A stretch of 64,000 nt of DNA, from the IMG/VR virus record IMGVR_UViG_3300012267_000003, one strand, 5' to 3'. Positions 1 through 9,144 of the stretch are shown one piece after another. The translations under genes were made by a program, and so were the position numbers. The stretch is from an uncultured virus (IMG/VR IMGVR_UViG_3300012267_000003) (Duplodnaviria > Heunggongvirae > Uroviricota > Caudoviricetes). A model generated the notes under the pieces. It was not told the DNA's origin. It worked only from the letters and a program-made list of their open reading frames with translations, and did no database searches. How positions within the stretch are numbered: the first letter of the stretch is position 1; each line of letters begins with the position of its first letter.

Positions 1-18
1 ACCAGAGCAGATGCTCAA

Positions 19-600
19 CTAAAGTTTCCGATAGAAATCAGACACAGCCCCTCTTAGTACCGGGCCAAGAGCCATAAGAGTGGGCTGGTCGATTTTTACC
101 ACGCCAGCTCTTCCTGCAAGGCGGACTTTGTAATGCTGAGGATCTTCGATTCGATAGGCTATAGCAGCTTTGACTTCATCGTCGATCTTGATAGTAGCCA
201 TTTTTTTATCTGAATCTATTTTAATTAACGACACTTTTCGAGGTTTGTAGGGGGAGGAAAACAGATTATGTCGAAGCCATCTTAGATACAACATAAAGGC
301 TTCGTTTTCATATTCAGATACGGCAGACTTTACCGCATCTAACAGGGAGTCCTCCTGTTTGGGAGTAGGAAGCCGGATTTCCTCTTGAGCTATTGCCTGT
401 TTGGGTACGATACTTTCAAAGGAATCGGTATTAGGAAAGTACAACGTATGGAAAGTGATCCCGTGGTATCGATAAACGAGAACTTTAATTGCTTTGGTTT
501 TTTTCACCCCCTCCATCTGTAAAATCTCAATGCGGTCCCCTAGCGACGTCAAAGACACGGGGCTGAATCTCAATGTGGAGGCAAAGTAGTTTTTGAGCAT
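19..600 (-). CDS. hypothetical protein
   Basis: 193-aa ORF, co-oriented with neighbours; no recognisable motif. Confidence 0.65.
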   Translation of the reverse strand: MLKNYFASTLRFSPVSLTSLGDRIEILQMEGVKKTKAIKVLVYRYHGITFHTLYFPNTDSFESIVPKQAIAQEEIRLPTPKQEDSLLDAVKSAVSEYENEAFMLYLRWLRHNLFSSPYKPRKVSLIKIDSDKKMATIKIDDEVKAAIAYRIEDPQHYKVRLAGRAGVVKIDQPTLMALGPVLRGAVSDFYRKL

Positions 601-614
601 CGTAATATGCCTAT

Positions 615-1010
615 CTATTTGATGGTATCTATGAACTCATCTAGGTGGATTAAAGTATCCCGTGAAAGCCTTTCGGCACCGTACAGGCGGCGAACTCTCC
701 ATCCCATATTAATATTGCTTAGGAAATCAATCCTCCACCGCCCACCCCCTACAGCTCTTGGCTTTTTATCACTTCGCCACTGATATGTAACTTTCCCAGT
801 TTTGGTTTCCCAGTAAGCCGTGAAAAATTCTGATGCGGTAGGTTTGTGGAGACGAAACTCAATCTGTACCGTAGATCTGATCCTGTCTTTCAGAATACCC
901 CTTATCGTGGAAGGGACATATCCCTCATCGAAAAGTAATTGTCTTACCTCAGACTCTGGGAGAAAGCTGAAAAGCAATCCCAAAGGTAGTAAATCTACCA
1001 TGTGCGCCAT
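615..1010 (-). CDS. hypothetical protein
   Basis: 131-aa ORF with AGGAGG SD upstream on the minus strand. Confidence 0.7.
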   Translation of the reverse strand: MAHMVDLLPLGLLFSFLPESEVRQLLFDEGYVPSTIRGILKDRIRSTVQIEFRLHKPTASEFFTAYWETKTGKVTYQWRSDKKPRAVGGGRWRIDFLSNINMGWRVRRLYGAERLSRDTLIHLDEFIDTIK

Positions 1011-1109
1011 GTATTACCTCCTAGTTCCCCTGAGAATAGCACATCAAGGGGGTGGGTACAACAAAGGCCGCCAGCTTCCTGACGGCCTTCATAACGGATA
1101 CCCGAGTTC

Positions 1110-1865
1110 TCACTCGTCCTCTACACTCTCTTCCGAAGAGTCATCACCGCTAACAGGGATGTACGTACCTGTGGAATTATTCATACGGAACACAGACGTG
1201 TCCTGTACTACGTTCTCGGGAACCCCCTCTGACGCATACACAGGGCCGTTATAAGACGGCGCTTCTACTTGGGCTACCTCCCTCCGCTTCTCCTCTGTCA
1301 TAAAGGAGCGCGTACGCTCAATAGCTTCCTCGATAAGAGCCCCATCCTTGGTCGCAAAAGGGACGCCACTGGCAAATAGTTCGGAGAATACATGACGAGC
1401 TTGGTATCGGGTAAGGTCATTCTCCTGTTGGATCACGTCCACAAGAGCCTTAATACCCTCTTTAAGTTCTACACTACTCTTACTAGCCTTGGGCAGCACC
1501 TGCAAAGCACTGAGCGACTCTTTTTCCTCGTCACTTAGGTCATAGAAAAAATTAAAAGCTTCCTCAGTGGTGTACCCATTCAAGATCGCCCACTCAAAGT
1601 ATATCTCAGCAAATAGTTCCTTCCACGCTTGGAGGTTCCTCGGATATTTGTAACTCATCTTGATCACTTCGGGACCAAACGGAATAGTCACAGAAATCGT
1701 TGCCTCTTTAGAGACTATCTCAACCCCCTCAATAGTCCTCTTTGGGGAGTACCGGCTGATCTTGAACTTATCACTCTTTTGCCGGATCGCTACCCTCATT
1801 CGTAGTCGATCTCGCACTAATTTCGTGCGAACTAGACTGGTAAAACTTCTGACTTTTTTTATCAT
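1110..1865 (-). CDS. hypothetical protein
   Basis: 251-aa ORF, AGGAG SD, acidic C-terminus. Confidence 0.75.
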   Translation of the reverse strand: MIKKVRSFTSLVRTKLVRDRLRMRVAIRQKSDKFKISRYSPKRTIEGVEIVSKEATISVTIPFGPEVIKMSYKYPRNLQAWKELFAEIYFEWAILNGYTTEEAFNFFYDLSDEEKESLSALQVLPKASKSSVELKEGIKALVDVIQQENDLTRYQARHVFSELFASGVPFATKDGALIEEAIERTRSFMTEEKRREVAQVEAPSYNGPVYASEGVPENVVQDTSVFRMNNSTGTYIPVSGDDSSEESVEDE

Positions 1866-1875
1866 TTCAACTCCT

Positions 1876-1913
1876 AAAAAAGCCCCGACCCTGTACTTGC
1901 GAGGTCGGGGCTT
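1876..1913 (-). terminator. intrinsic terminator downstream of the Ro60 gene
   Basis: GCCCCGACC/GGTCGGGGC stem followed by a U6 tract on the minus strand. Confidence 0.75.
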
Positions 1914-1921
1914 CTTGTGGG

Positions 1922-3541
1922 TTAGATATTGCCTAGAACAAACTCATTGAGCAGTGTAGGTACTGAGGTATCACAGCCCACGATATCAATCATTCCGGGG
2001 TCTTTCGGGTCCGCAATGGTATTGCTGTTTGATGACATTGCTAGAACTGCCAACCGAGCATCGATATTACGCTTCTGTCGGTACTGGACAAGAGCTTGCG
2101 ACGGGTGGATGTTCCCGTAGTACGTCTCCGAATCAGTGTAGACGAAAAAAGCATCGAAGTCTAGATTGTTCTCCGTCGCCCACGTCATGGGAAGCGCACA
2201 GTCAGTCGAACCAAAGGACAGATTGGCGATTGACTTGATAACATCATCAAGGCGCTGTCGAGGACTCAGATTAAGGGGTGTAAACTGGTGTGAGAACCCC
2301 ATAATCTCGTAGTTTTCCTCTGTTCTCATGACCGTCATAGCCAGAGCGGCACTTACTTCCCGAGGTGTCAACCCAGCCAACCCAGCACAAGAGTTCCATG
2401 TCATGGAACTCGAAACATCAAGTCCCAAGCAAAGGCGCTTGCCTGTTGGTTCTACAAAATCAAATGCCTTATAGAAAGCATCATCAAGTGCATCTGTTAC
2501 TTTGGGCACAGGCCGCCACGAGAGAGATCCACGGAATCCTTCACCTCGTGCATAAACGCGCATAGCATTCAACACAGACAGGGGGTGGATCCGAGCCCGT
2601 TTGAGGTACTCCTCATCTCGAAGTCGGGATACGACCAGATTTGTGGAGTCTGACATGTTAGTCAGCAACCCTTCCGAAGTCATTTTGCCAAGATTTCGGA
2701 TCATAGCCGTAAGAGGCATCTTCTCCAAAAGAGCTTCCCATACCTTTACCTCATTGAGGAATTCGGTGGGGATACACTCACGTGGCAAATTGTAATCTGA
2801 AATGAGATTCAAAACCTCTTTCAGGTCAGAAGAGTTCTGAGCCTTCTCAAAAGCCCAAACCCGCTTCAGGGTGTCGTCAGGATGTGGGTCCGATCCGATT
2901 CCATCCCAGCCCTGAGACGCCCACTGAAACAGAGCATCTCGAACCTCATTTTGAGGCTTGACGTGAGCTTTCAAAAGGATGTCCCGGTGTGTCCATCCGT
3001 TTCGGTTCCGGTATTTAATCATCTGGTACGCCAGATTATCGTCGGACTTTCCGTTGTACCAATTCTCGAAAGCACGACGTGTTACACGACCCCAACCACC
3101 GAAGGGCTTGATGCTCTCAGCCAACGTAGTGAGGTGAGTGAAAGTACGACACACTTTTGGTACAGCTTGAGCTGCCGCTTGGCGAACTGGGATAGATTCC
3201 TCAGTTCCGTCATTGAATTTGAGCGCTAGAGCCAGAGCAAAGATTGCAGGATCATTGCGCACGGCGCGGCCAGCGTCAGAAACTTCGACGATCTTATTCA
3301 CAACCCGAACGCCATCTTCTTTGAGACACTCAACCACAGCCTTGGCGTTGTCCATTGTGAGATTTCTCTCAGAGACATAGTAGGATCCGCCCTCCGACCC
3401 AAGGATCAAAAAACGGTCCAAGCGCTGCCATTTAGTGGTAGCATATCCGTAACCACCACCATGATTCTTCACTTGGTCTTCCGACAGTGGTTCGGTCTGG
3501 GGTGTTTCCGATTTCGATTTGAAAAACTTAGAATAATTCAT
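1922..3541 (-). CDS. rsr: Ro60/Rsr-like TROVE + vWA RNA-binding protein
   Basis: Motifs NHGGGY..RLDRFLILGSEGGSYY, GGWGR, KYRNRNGWTHRD, MPLTAMIRNLGKMT, RARIHP, MIDAS LDVSSSM, TDSET and IADPKDPGMIDIVG; start moved to the ATG after a GAGAGG SD. Confidence 0.95.
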   Translation of the reverse strand: MNYSKFFKSKSETPQTEPLSEDQVKNHGGGYGYATTKWQRLDRFLILGSEGGSYYVSERNLTMDNAKAVVECLKEDGVRVVNKIVEVSDAGRAVRNDPAIFALALALKFNDGTEESIPVRQAAAQAVPKVCRTFTHLTTLAESIKPFGGWGRVTRRAFENWYNGKSDDNLAYQMIKYRNRNGWTHRDILLKAHVKPQNEVRDALFQWASQGWDGIGSDPHPDDTLKRVWAFEKAQNSSDLKEVLNLISDYNLPRECIPTEFLNEVKVWEALLEKMPLTAMIRNLGKMTSEGLLTNMSDSTNLVVSRLRDEEYLKRARIHPLSVLNAMRVYARGEGFRGSLSWRPVPKVTDALDDAFYKAFDFVEPTGKRLCLGLDVSSSMTWNSCAGLAGLTPREVSAALAMTVMRTEENYEIMGFSHQFTPLNLSPRQRLDDVIKSIANLSFGSTDCALPMTWATENNLDFDAFFVYTDSETYYGNIHPSQALVQYRQKRNIDARLAVLAMSSNSNTIADPKDPGMIDIVGCDTSVPTLLNEFVLGNI

Positions 3542-3604
3542 GGTAACCTCTCGTAAGTTGCTCACTAGGAGCGAGTACGGCCCGCAACTATTATGGGCAA
3601 ACAG

Positions 3605-3633
3605 ACCGTACCACCCTACAAGAGTGTTGTCAA
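3605..3633 (-). promoter_or_regulatory. sigma70-type promoter of the Ro60 gene
   Basis: Minus strand TTGACA-N17-TACGGT with TGG before the -10. Confidence 0.6.
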
Positions 3634-3641
3634 GATGCCTC

Positions 3642-4229
3642 TTACCAATCCATACCAGTTATTTTTCCGGCATAGATATCTTCTCGACGCGCTTTTAATT
3701 TTTTACGGACCCAACTAGGGAAAGGTAACATCCAGACATACATAGCTCCCGTAAAAGATCCTACATACCCTTCAATTAGTTCGTCAGGTATTTCCCCATA
3801 CACCTCGTAGTATCCTATCATTTCCGCAGTAAAGCCCCGTAACTCCCAGTGAGAACGCATAGTAAATATAGCAGGTAGCACCATGATATAACTGAGTGCC
3901 ATCCAGATAGGGTGTTTTTTCATATCTAGCATGTGTCGATACTCGTGCAATACCAGACGGTAGGTACGTGGTGACGTCCAATCCTCATGCCTCTTGCGAG
4001 AAGAGAGAACCATCTTACTGTACAGTCCATTACTATATCTCGTATCAAATTGATCCCGTATTTTAGGAGCGAACAAACCTATGACACGGAAAAAGGCCCA
4101 GATCACCCACAAATACCAAGCCTGTTTATACCAATCTGCATCGTCTTTATAGAGCAATTCGAAATTAGGGAAATTCTTTTCGATGTTGGCCCGAAGGTCG
4201 TCCACCTTTTTTTGTGATACTATTGACAT
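3642..4229 (-). CDS. membrane-associated HExxH (zincin-like) protein
   Basis: LVLHEYRH plus downstream ELRG..E; hydrophobic segments. Confidence 0.55.
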   Translation of the reverse strand: MSIVSQKKVDDLRANIEKNFPNFELLYKDDADWYKQAWYLWVIWAFFRVIGLFAPKIRDQFDTRYSNGLYSKMVLSSRKRHEDWTSPRTYRLVLHEYRHMLDMKKHPIWMALSYIMVLPAIFTMRSHWELRGFTAEMIGYYEVYGEIPDELIEGYVGSFTGAMYVWMLPFPSWVRKKLKARREDIYAGKITGMDW

Positions 4230-4378
4230 TTTTGACGCTCCTGTGTTAGATAGGGTATGAACCCAAGGGAGAGGATAAAGATGTTGTGTAACTATTTCTC
4301 ATTTATAGAGACGTACAAACAAATAAGTAGTGTGGGGGTGTAAAGAATAATCGTCGTATCAAAAAGGGGGACTGGTTT

Positions 4379-4696
4379 TTGGTGAGGTCTCAACGATGGT
4401 TGTCCGGGTCTTCTATATGGATCACCACAATTTATGTGGGACAGCTATCGAGAACAGAGAAAGGAGAAGTGGTACTGGCGGTAGAGGGTAAAGACATTTT
4501 CAAGTACAAGGGAGATTCTCTCGATCTTGATTCAAACTCAATACTTCCCCACACTAAAGGTCTACCTATGTCCGTAGATCCCCAAAAGCGAGGGATAAAG
4601 CTGTACCTATGGAAATCAAAATACGCGCTCAAAAAAGAGGCTAAACGACCTTTTCTATCTGAGAAGGTAGTAGGGTTGATTTTTAAGTATTTGTGA
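4379..4696 (+). CDS. hypothetical protein
   Basis: 105-aa ORF, GGGGGA SD; start uncertain. Confidence 0.5.
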   Translation: MVRSQRWLSGSSIWITTIYVGQLSRTEKGEVVLAVEGKDIFKYKGDSLDLDSNSILPHTKGLPMSVDPQKRGIKLYLWKSKYALKKEAKRPFLSEKVVGLIFKYL

Positions 4697-4752
4697 AATT
4701 GTTTTTATATAGCGTAAGGGTGTAAGAATCTCTCCTCTCGCTGGATTTTCAC

Positions 4753-5157
4753 ATGCCGCTCTACGTCCGTAAGAGCCATTATCGGTATGGAGATCCCATC
4801 CTCGCTATCGTGCAGTCCGGGTGGGAAGATAAACACGCCTATATCAAATTGGTGATCGGGCATTACGAGCCCCTACGGCTTGTTATAAGTGGCATTATGT
4901 TGCCAGCTATACAGCCGTACTGGCAGCTCGAATACCAATACCCGAACCGAACTTTAAAACTCCGGGAGACCTTCGGGAGTGAGAAAATAACAATCAGTGA
5001 CGCGGAGGGGGACGCCACCCATATAGAAGGTGTGGTGTTCGGTAGACTGGACATGGGGGACTGGTATGCGGTAAGATCATACCTCAAAAGGTGCTTGTAC
5101 CACGCCCGTAAAAAATACGAGAACGAAATATGCCTGAACTTATTAAGAAACCGCTAA
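4753..5157 (+). CDS. hypothetical protein
   Basis: 134-aa ORF overlapping the next gene. Confidence 0.6.
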   Translation: MPLYVRKSHYRYGDPILAIVQSGWEDKHAYIKLVIGHYEPLRLVISGIMLPAIQPYWQLEYQYPNRTLKLRETFGSEKITISDAEGDATHIEGVVFGRLDMGDWYAVRSYLKRCLYHARKKYENEICLNLLRNR

Positions 5158-5642
5158 CTGGTCTTGACTTATCTGAATACTACTACGATGTAGTTAAGAT
5201 TGTTCACTCAAAATTCTCAGATCAATCTACAGACACCGAGGACCTAATACAGGATATCTGTGTTAAAATCCTACGATTGAATCAAGGGTCTAGCCCCTAT
5301 GACCCGGCGAAGGCAAAACCTTCAACTTATATATACATGGTAGCTAAAGGGGTGGTGATCAAACAGTACCACCGAAAAGAGATCGAAACGGAAATGCGTG
5401 AGATCAAAGGATTTACAGACTGGAACGAAGCCGTCCTGAGCAGTTTCGAAAGCTTCTTAAAAGAGACTTTGCCCTTTGATGATATATTACCCCGGCGGGT
5501 CTTTCTTCTACTGAGGATGGGGTACACGAGAAGGGAAATAGCCTCTCTTCTAGAGGAGACGATGTATCAGATCCGAAAACAGAAACAGAGGTTAGCGGAG
5601 CTGGCGTTTCAATTTATGGATTCGTCTCCGAAAGACGGGTGA
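5130..5642 (+). CDS. ECF/sigma70-like RNA polymerase sigma factor
   Basis: Region-2-like TEDLIQDICVKIL..YDPAKAKPSTYIYMVAK and region-4 HTH GYTRREIASLL. Confidence 0.75.
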   Translation: MPELIKKPLTGLDLSEYYYDVVKIVHSKFSDQSTDTEDLIQDICVKILRLNQGSSPYDPAKAKPSTYIYMVAKGVVIKQYHRKEIETEMREIKGFTDWNEAVLSSFESFLKETLPFDDILPRRVFLLLRMGYTRREIASLLEETMYQIRKQKQRLAELAFQFMDSSPKDG

Positions 5643-6015
5643 ACACTTTTTCTAATTTTTTATCCACCAGATATTGAGGATCGGGTTTTGATGTTCGTAT
5701 GATATGTGTTCGATAATAGGAACTCCACAACAGCGTATGTGATCCTATATCCTCATCATAGCTGTCTAAAACCAGAATAAGACCCTCCCCGATCCAGTCC
5801 CTGAGAATGTTCCTAATTGATGACCAGAGGTAGGGGTATCTCGACGGGCGTAAATCCTGTAGTTCCGTATGAATCTCCTCCACATCTCGATAGGTGAAGG
5901 GGGTATCTAGAATGAACGTGTCTCGTATCCACAGAAGATACACCCCTGCATTTGGAAAATAAGGATCTCCCGCATCTTCGATCCCTTTCTCATAATCTAT
6001 CCGCGTAGGAAACAT
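5614..6015 (-). CDS. hypothetical protein
   Basis: ORF convergent with the sigma gene; start uncertain. Confidence 0.5.
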   Translation of the reverse strand: MFPTRIDYEKGIEDAGDPYFPNAGVYLLWIRDTFILDTPFTYRDVEEIHTELQDLRPSRYPYLWSSIRNILRDWIGEGLILVLDSYDEDIGSHTLLWSSYYRTHIIRTSKPDPQYLVDKKLEKVFTRLSETNP

Positions 6016-6017
6016 GA

Positions 6018-6030
6018 TAATCCTTTTATA
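6018..6030 (+). promoter_or_regulatory. conserved upstream motif (putative phage late promoter)
   Basis: TAATCCTTTTATA; near-identical motif at 11238, 18212, 24966, 51123 and 62525. Confidence 0.6.
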
Positions 6031-6075
6031 GACCAGTTCCAATGAACCCCAAGATACCGTTCTGAGGATACTTTA

Positions 6076-7134
6076 ATGTCAATAGAAAAACAACTGATCA
6101 ATTTAGGTAAAGCCCGTAAGGACCTTAGACCACATATTCGCCCCGTACTAGCTGAGCTAGAAAGAGAGAGCCTCCCCACCTCCAACGGTAAGGTAGCGCA
6201 GCATATCCGTCAGGCTCAGCGCAAAATCTACCAATCGGTACCTAAAGAATTGCGTGCTCTCCACGCGATGCTGCGAATATCTTCGGAGCCCCGAAAGAAA
6301 AAAGCCTTTTCGCAGGGAGATATCACCCGACTGATAAATCAAATGTTAGATCGAGGTGGGATCACTAAAAACCTCACAGAAGAGGGTCTTGCTATCCCTA
6401 ATATTGATTGGGGCAAACTCTTCATGGTGGCGATTAGTCAAATGTCCCACAAGCTCAATCTCAGTAATACACTACGGGAAGAGTTTCTCAACGACGTTGT
6501 GGGAGATATGGTCATGGGACAAAGCATCATGACTGTCCGGGAGACAGGACCTTGGAAACAGAACCTAATGGAGCAGATTGAGGAATGGGTCCTAGATGGG
6601 TATAACGAAAACAGGATTAAAGCCTCACTTACAAGCTGGATCAAGAATAAGATTCAGAACTTGTGGAAGCGGTGGAAAGCGCAAAGAGGACACACAGACG
6701 ATATCGGATTTGAGGTAGGATCTCCCGGCGATGATTACCAAGGAAAAGATGTCTACGAAAATCTCTTCAATATGGACGGGCTTACTGGAGGTCAAATGGG
6801 GCATTACCAGCGCCTCATCCGACAGAACCCTGTCGTTAAAGATATTGTAGATCGGATCACACGTAAACTAGAGCAGCGAGATGATACAATTGGTTACTTG
6901 TGGCAAGCCTATTTGAAAGATCCTACGGCTACCCTTGAACACCTCCTGACAATTAGCGTGGATGCTACGGTAGATGGTCGCCGTCAAAGTGTCCCTCTAT
7001 GGGAAGCAATGGGATTTGACGGTCCTAATGAGTCTCGGCAGAAAGTAAATTACCACGTCAAAAAGCTTAGAAAGCACCTCAAAACCATGTGGCCCGATAT
7101 CGATGATATTCTCAGAGATCTTAAAGGAATCTAA
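6076..7134 (+). CDS. protein with shared N-terminal tag; possibly a divergent sigma-like factor
   Basis: N-terminus nearly identical to that of 18280; LTSWIKNKIQNLW and SRQKVNYHVKKLRKHL resemble sigma regions 2 and 4. Confidence 0.6.
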   Translation: MSIEKQLINLGKARKDLRPHIRPVLAELERESLPTSNGKVAQHIRQAQRKIYQSVPKELRALHAMLRISSEPRKKKAFSQGDITRLINQMLDRGGITKNLTEEGLAIPNIDWGKLFMVAISQMSHKLNLSNTLREEFLNDVVGDMVMGQSIMTVRETGPWKQNLMEQIEEWVLDGYNENRIKASLTSWIKNKIQNLWKRWKAQRGHTDDIGFEVGSPGDDYQGKDVYENLFNMDGLTGGQMGHYQRLIRQNPVVKDIVDRITRKLEQRDDTIGYLWQAYLKDPTATLEHLLTISVDATVDGRRQSVPLWEAMGFDGPNESRQKVNYHVKKLRKHLKTMWPDIDDILRDLKGI

Positions 7135-7151
7135 ATGACTTCATTAAAGCT

Positions 7152-7430
7152 GTGATTGCCGGTCTGTCTAAACTGCCTTGGGGGGATATACCCCCGGAAT
7201 TAGCAGAAGAGGCGGCAAAAGTGGCTTCAATTGAACTTTCCAAAAAAGCTGTCGGACTGACAATGGGAGATATCACCCCGGCTCTATCCCGTGTGGAAAG
7301 CTATGCCAAGCAAACTGAGGATCGCCAGCTCTTGTCTCAAGTAGCTACGATCCGAAAAAAGTATAGAAACGCAGCTAAAGAGCTTGAAAACATGGCCAAG
7401 GAATTAGGCGACATCGCTCGAAGATTATAA
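7152..7430 (+). CDS. hypothetical helical protein
   Basis: 92-aa ORF; start uncertain. Confidence 0.55.
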   Translation: MIAGLSKLPWGDIPPELAEEAAKVASIELSKKAVGLTMGDITPALSRVESYAKQTEDRQLLSQVATIRKKYRNAAKELENMAKELGDIARRL

Positions 7431-7455
7431 TAAAGCCAAGGTTTGTAAAGGAGTT

Positions 7456-7496
7456 AGCCTCCGTTTCTATCTCAGAAGCGGGGGCTTTTTTCTTTT
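7456..7496 (+). terminator. intrinsic terminator
   Basis: AGCCTCCGTTTCT/AGAAGCGGGGGCT stem followed by a T-rich tail. Confidence 0.75.
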
Positions 7497-7669
7497 GACG
7501 GACCTTAACAACTGTGGCATAAAAAGGAAAGCAGCGTCGTGAGGATGACCGAGGCCGGGTGCGAGAGAAGCTGCAAAGGGTTTGACCGATAAGACTCTCT
7601 TATAGTAGGGTACCCCTTCAGTTGACCTTGTAAAAGGTCTGAGGTATTCACAATCATGAAGAGGTGTAC

Positions 7670-8089
7670 ATGGCAGAACCAACTATTAACGAAGTTCTTG
7701 AAGAGGGCATCCGGATTAATCGGGAGCTTAATGAGAAGAAAAATCGTTTGAACGAAATCAAAGATATACTGAGAGAAGAAGCAACAGCTCAGAGAACGGG
7801 TACCCAAAGCCCCGTCGAACTCACAACAGAGGATGGCGAGCATACGGTCTCCGTAAGTTTCCCAACCGACTCATACAAGATCAAGGCCGACATTGACAAA
7901 ATGTACACCATCAAAGCCGATGTGGGCGAGCTGCTTTTTGCTATGTTCTTCAAAGAAAACACGAAGTTCTCCGTCGATTCGGATTTCGAGGAAAACGTCG
8001 TCAAGGTTTCAGATCCCCTCCAGAGGCAAGCTCTAGAGGGCGTGGTGGAAAGGAAACCCGGAACACCACGTATCACTTTCCCGAAGTAA
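7670..8089 (+). CDS. hypothetical protein
   Basis: GAGG SD; N-terminal coiled coil; several TTGAC hexamers upstream. Confidence 0.75.
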   Translation: MAEPTINEVLEEGIRINRELNEKKNRLNEIKDILREEATAQRTGTQSPVELTTEDGEHTVSVSFPTDSYKIKADIDKMYTIKADVGELLFAMFFKENTKFSVDSDFEENVVKVSDPLQRQALEGVVERKPGTPRITFPK

Positions 8090-8146
8090 AGTTTGGGAAA
8101 CCGGACCACTACAGGTCCATTCAATAGCGTCGTCTCCATGTCGCTA

Positions 8147-8190
8147 AATTAACCCCCGGTGCCTTATAAGGTTTCGGGGGTTAATTGTTT
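8147..8190 (+). terminator. probable terminator hairpin
   Basis: AATTAACCCCCGG/TCGGGGGTTAATT inverted repeat followed by GTTT. Confidence 0.65.
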
Positions 8191-8374
8191 CTAGGCTAAC
8201 CCCCTGAGAAGCCCCACAAAGCACCCTGTACTTTCCTGTGTGAATCGGAGTAGTACCAGATACGATTAAAAAAGAAATCCTTTACAAAAGCTCTACGAGC
8301 CTTATATGGTACTAGAAGATCGTAATGTCGGATCTGTCTCTGGAGATTTTTCGAAATTTATTTTTCGTGCCTGA

Positions 8375-8950
8375 GCCGATACGTGATTACTATCGGTATT
8401 CCCCCACAAAAGGGGAAGATTACATAGACGGGTTAACAACCGTCGCCGGTGCTGAATTTTGGTATCTCACCAAGATTATAGTGGTTAGCTGGTAGAGGTC
8501 TCCGTGCTCCCTCACCATAAAGAGCATTAACACAGAGGATCGAAAACCACGTTCCCCGACAAGGGAATTTTAGTTCGATGACTCCGGTAGGTATCACCTG
8601 CCACCAAGAGATCCCTAATAAGATCTCTAGAGCGTATGGATGATCCAATGGCTTCCTGAGTCGGATCATGACCGCTGGTAAGAATTGTCCCCTATGGACT
8701 CTTCAATGGCTTCCTGAGCCGAAGAGTGACTGGGACCCGCCCACTGGGGCGGTTAGTCCTGTTAAATAGCTCCTGTGGCTTCTGAGAAGCTCCTAGCTAC
8801 TAATACGAGTCGAGAACTAACCACCCATAATTCCTATCGAGGCAAGTAACCACTGAAAGCCTATGGATTCCTCAATGACTTCCTGAGTCGAGGAAAGACC
8901 GCTAAGCAGTTGATACCTAGTTCGGTACGCAAGGCAAGAGGTTTTAGAAG
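8375..8950 (+). ncRNA. candidate large structured non-coding RNA (or structured DNA element)
   Basis: No credible ORF; dense run of hairpins; three covarying repeat hairpins; candidate promoter TTTACA-N18-TATGGT at 8281-8310; strand inferred from a single G-U pair. Confidence 0.5.
8631..8903 (+). repeat. three copies of a ~45-nt hairpin motif (8631-8676, 8687-8736, 8858-8903)
   Basis: TATGGA-[6-bp stem]-AAT-GRCT-TCCTG-AGYC-[stem']-WGAC, with stems TGATCC/GGATCA, CTCTTC/GAAGAG and TTCCTC/GAGGAA. Confidence 0.9.
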
Positions 8951-9057
8951 GTAGGTAGTTAATGAATAATATCAGAGATTATATAGATATACTCTATAGT
9001 TCTTCTCTATTTACCTTTCTATAATCAGTCTTCACCTTTGTAAGATTAATACAGATA

Positions 9058-9144
9058 CAGTAATAGAAACTATAGAAATAGCAGCAACAGCAGTAGCAGA
9101 TACAGTAGTACGAGTAGAACGAGTAGTAGAAGTAGCAATAGCAC
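9058..9144 (+). repeat. in-phase NAN trinucleotide array (TAG/CAG-rich) next to an AT-rich tract
   Basis: 27 of 29 consecutive triplets have a central A. Confidence 0.75.

Noticed and set aside
1072..1085. 14-nt match CAGCTTCCTGACGG shared with the MCP gene (~56432) and resembling the repeat loop
   Set aside because: Matches of this length are expected by chance in 64 kb, and the local structure differs
7110..7152. Frameshift fusion of 6076 with the 7152 ORF
   Set aside because: The frames overlap for only a few codons and there is no canonical slippery heptamer
8481..8606. tRNA, tmRNA or YrlA-like elements (AGCTGGTAGAG, GTTCGA, CCACCA)
   Set aside because: The D- and T-stems do not pair and the spacing to CCA is wrong; no cloverleaf can be built
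8631..8903. CRISPR mini-array
   Set aside because: Spacing is irregular (about 10 and 120 nt), the variation lies inside the repeat stems, and there is no cas operon; the PD-(D/E)XK gene sits in a recombination context
8631..8903. Hammerhead ribozyme or kink-turn
   Set aside because: No CUGANGA/GAAA core in the right topology; the internal loop register does not give standard tandem G-A pairs
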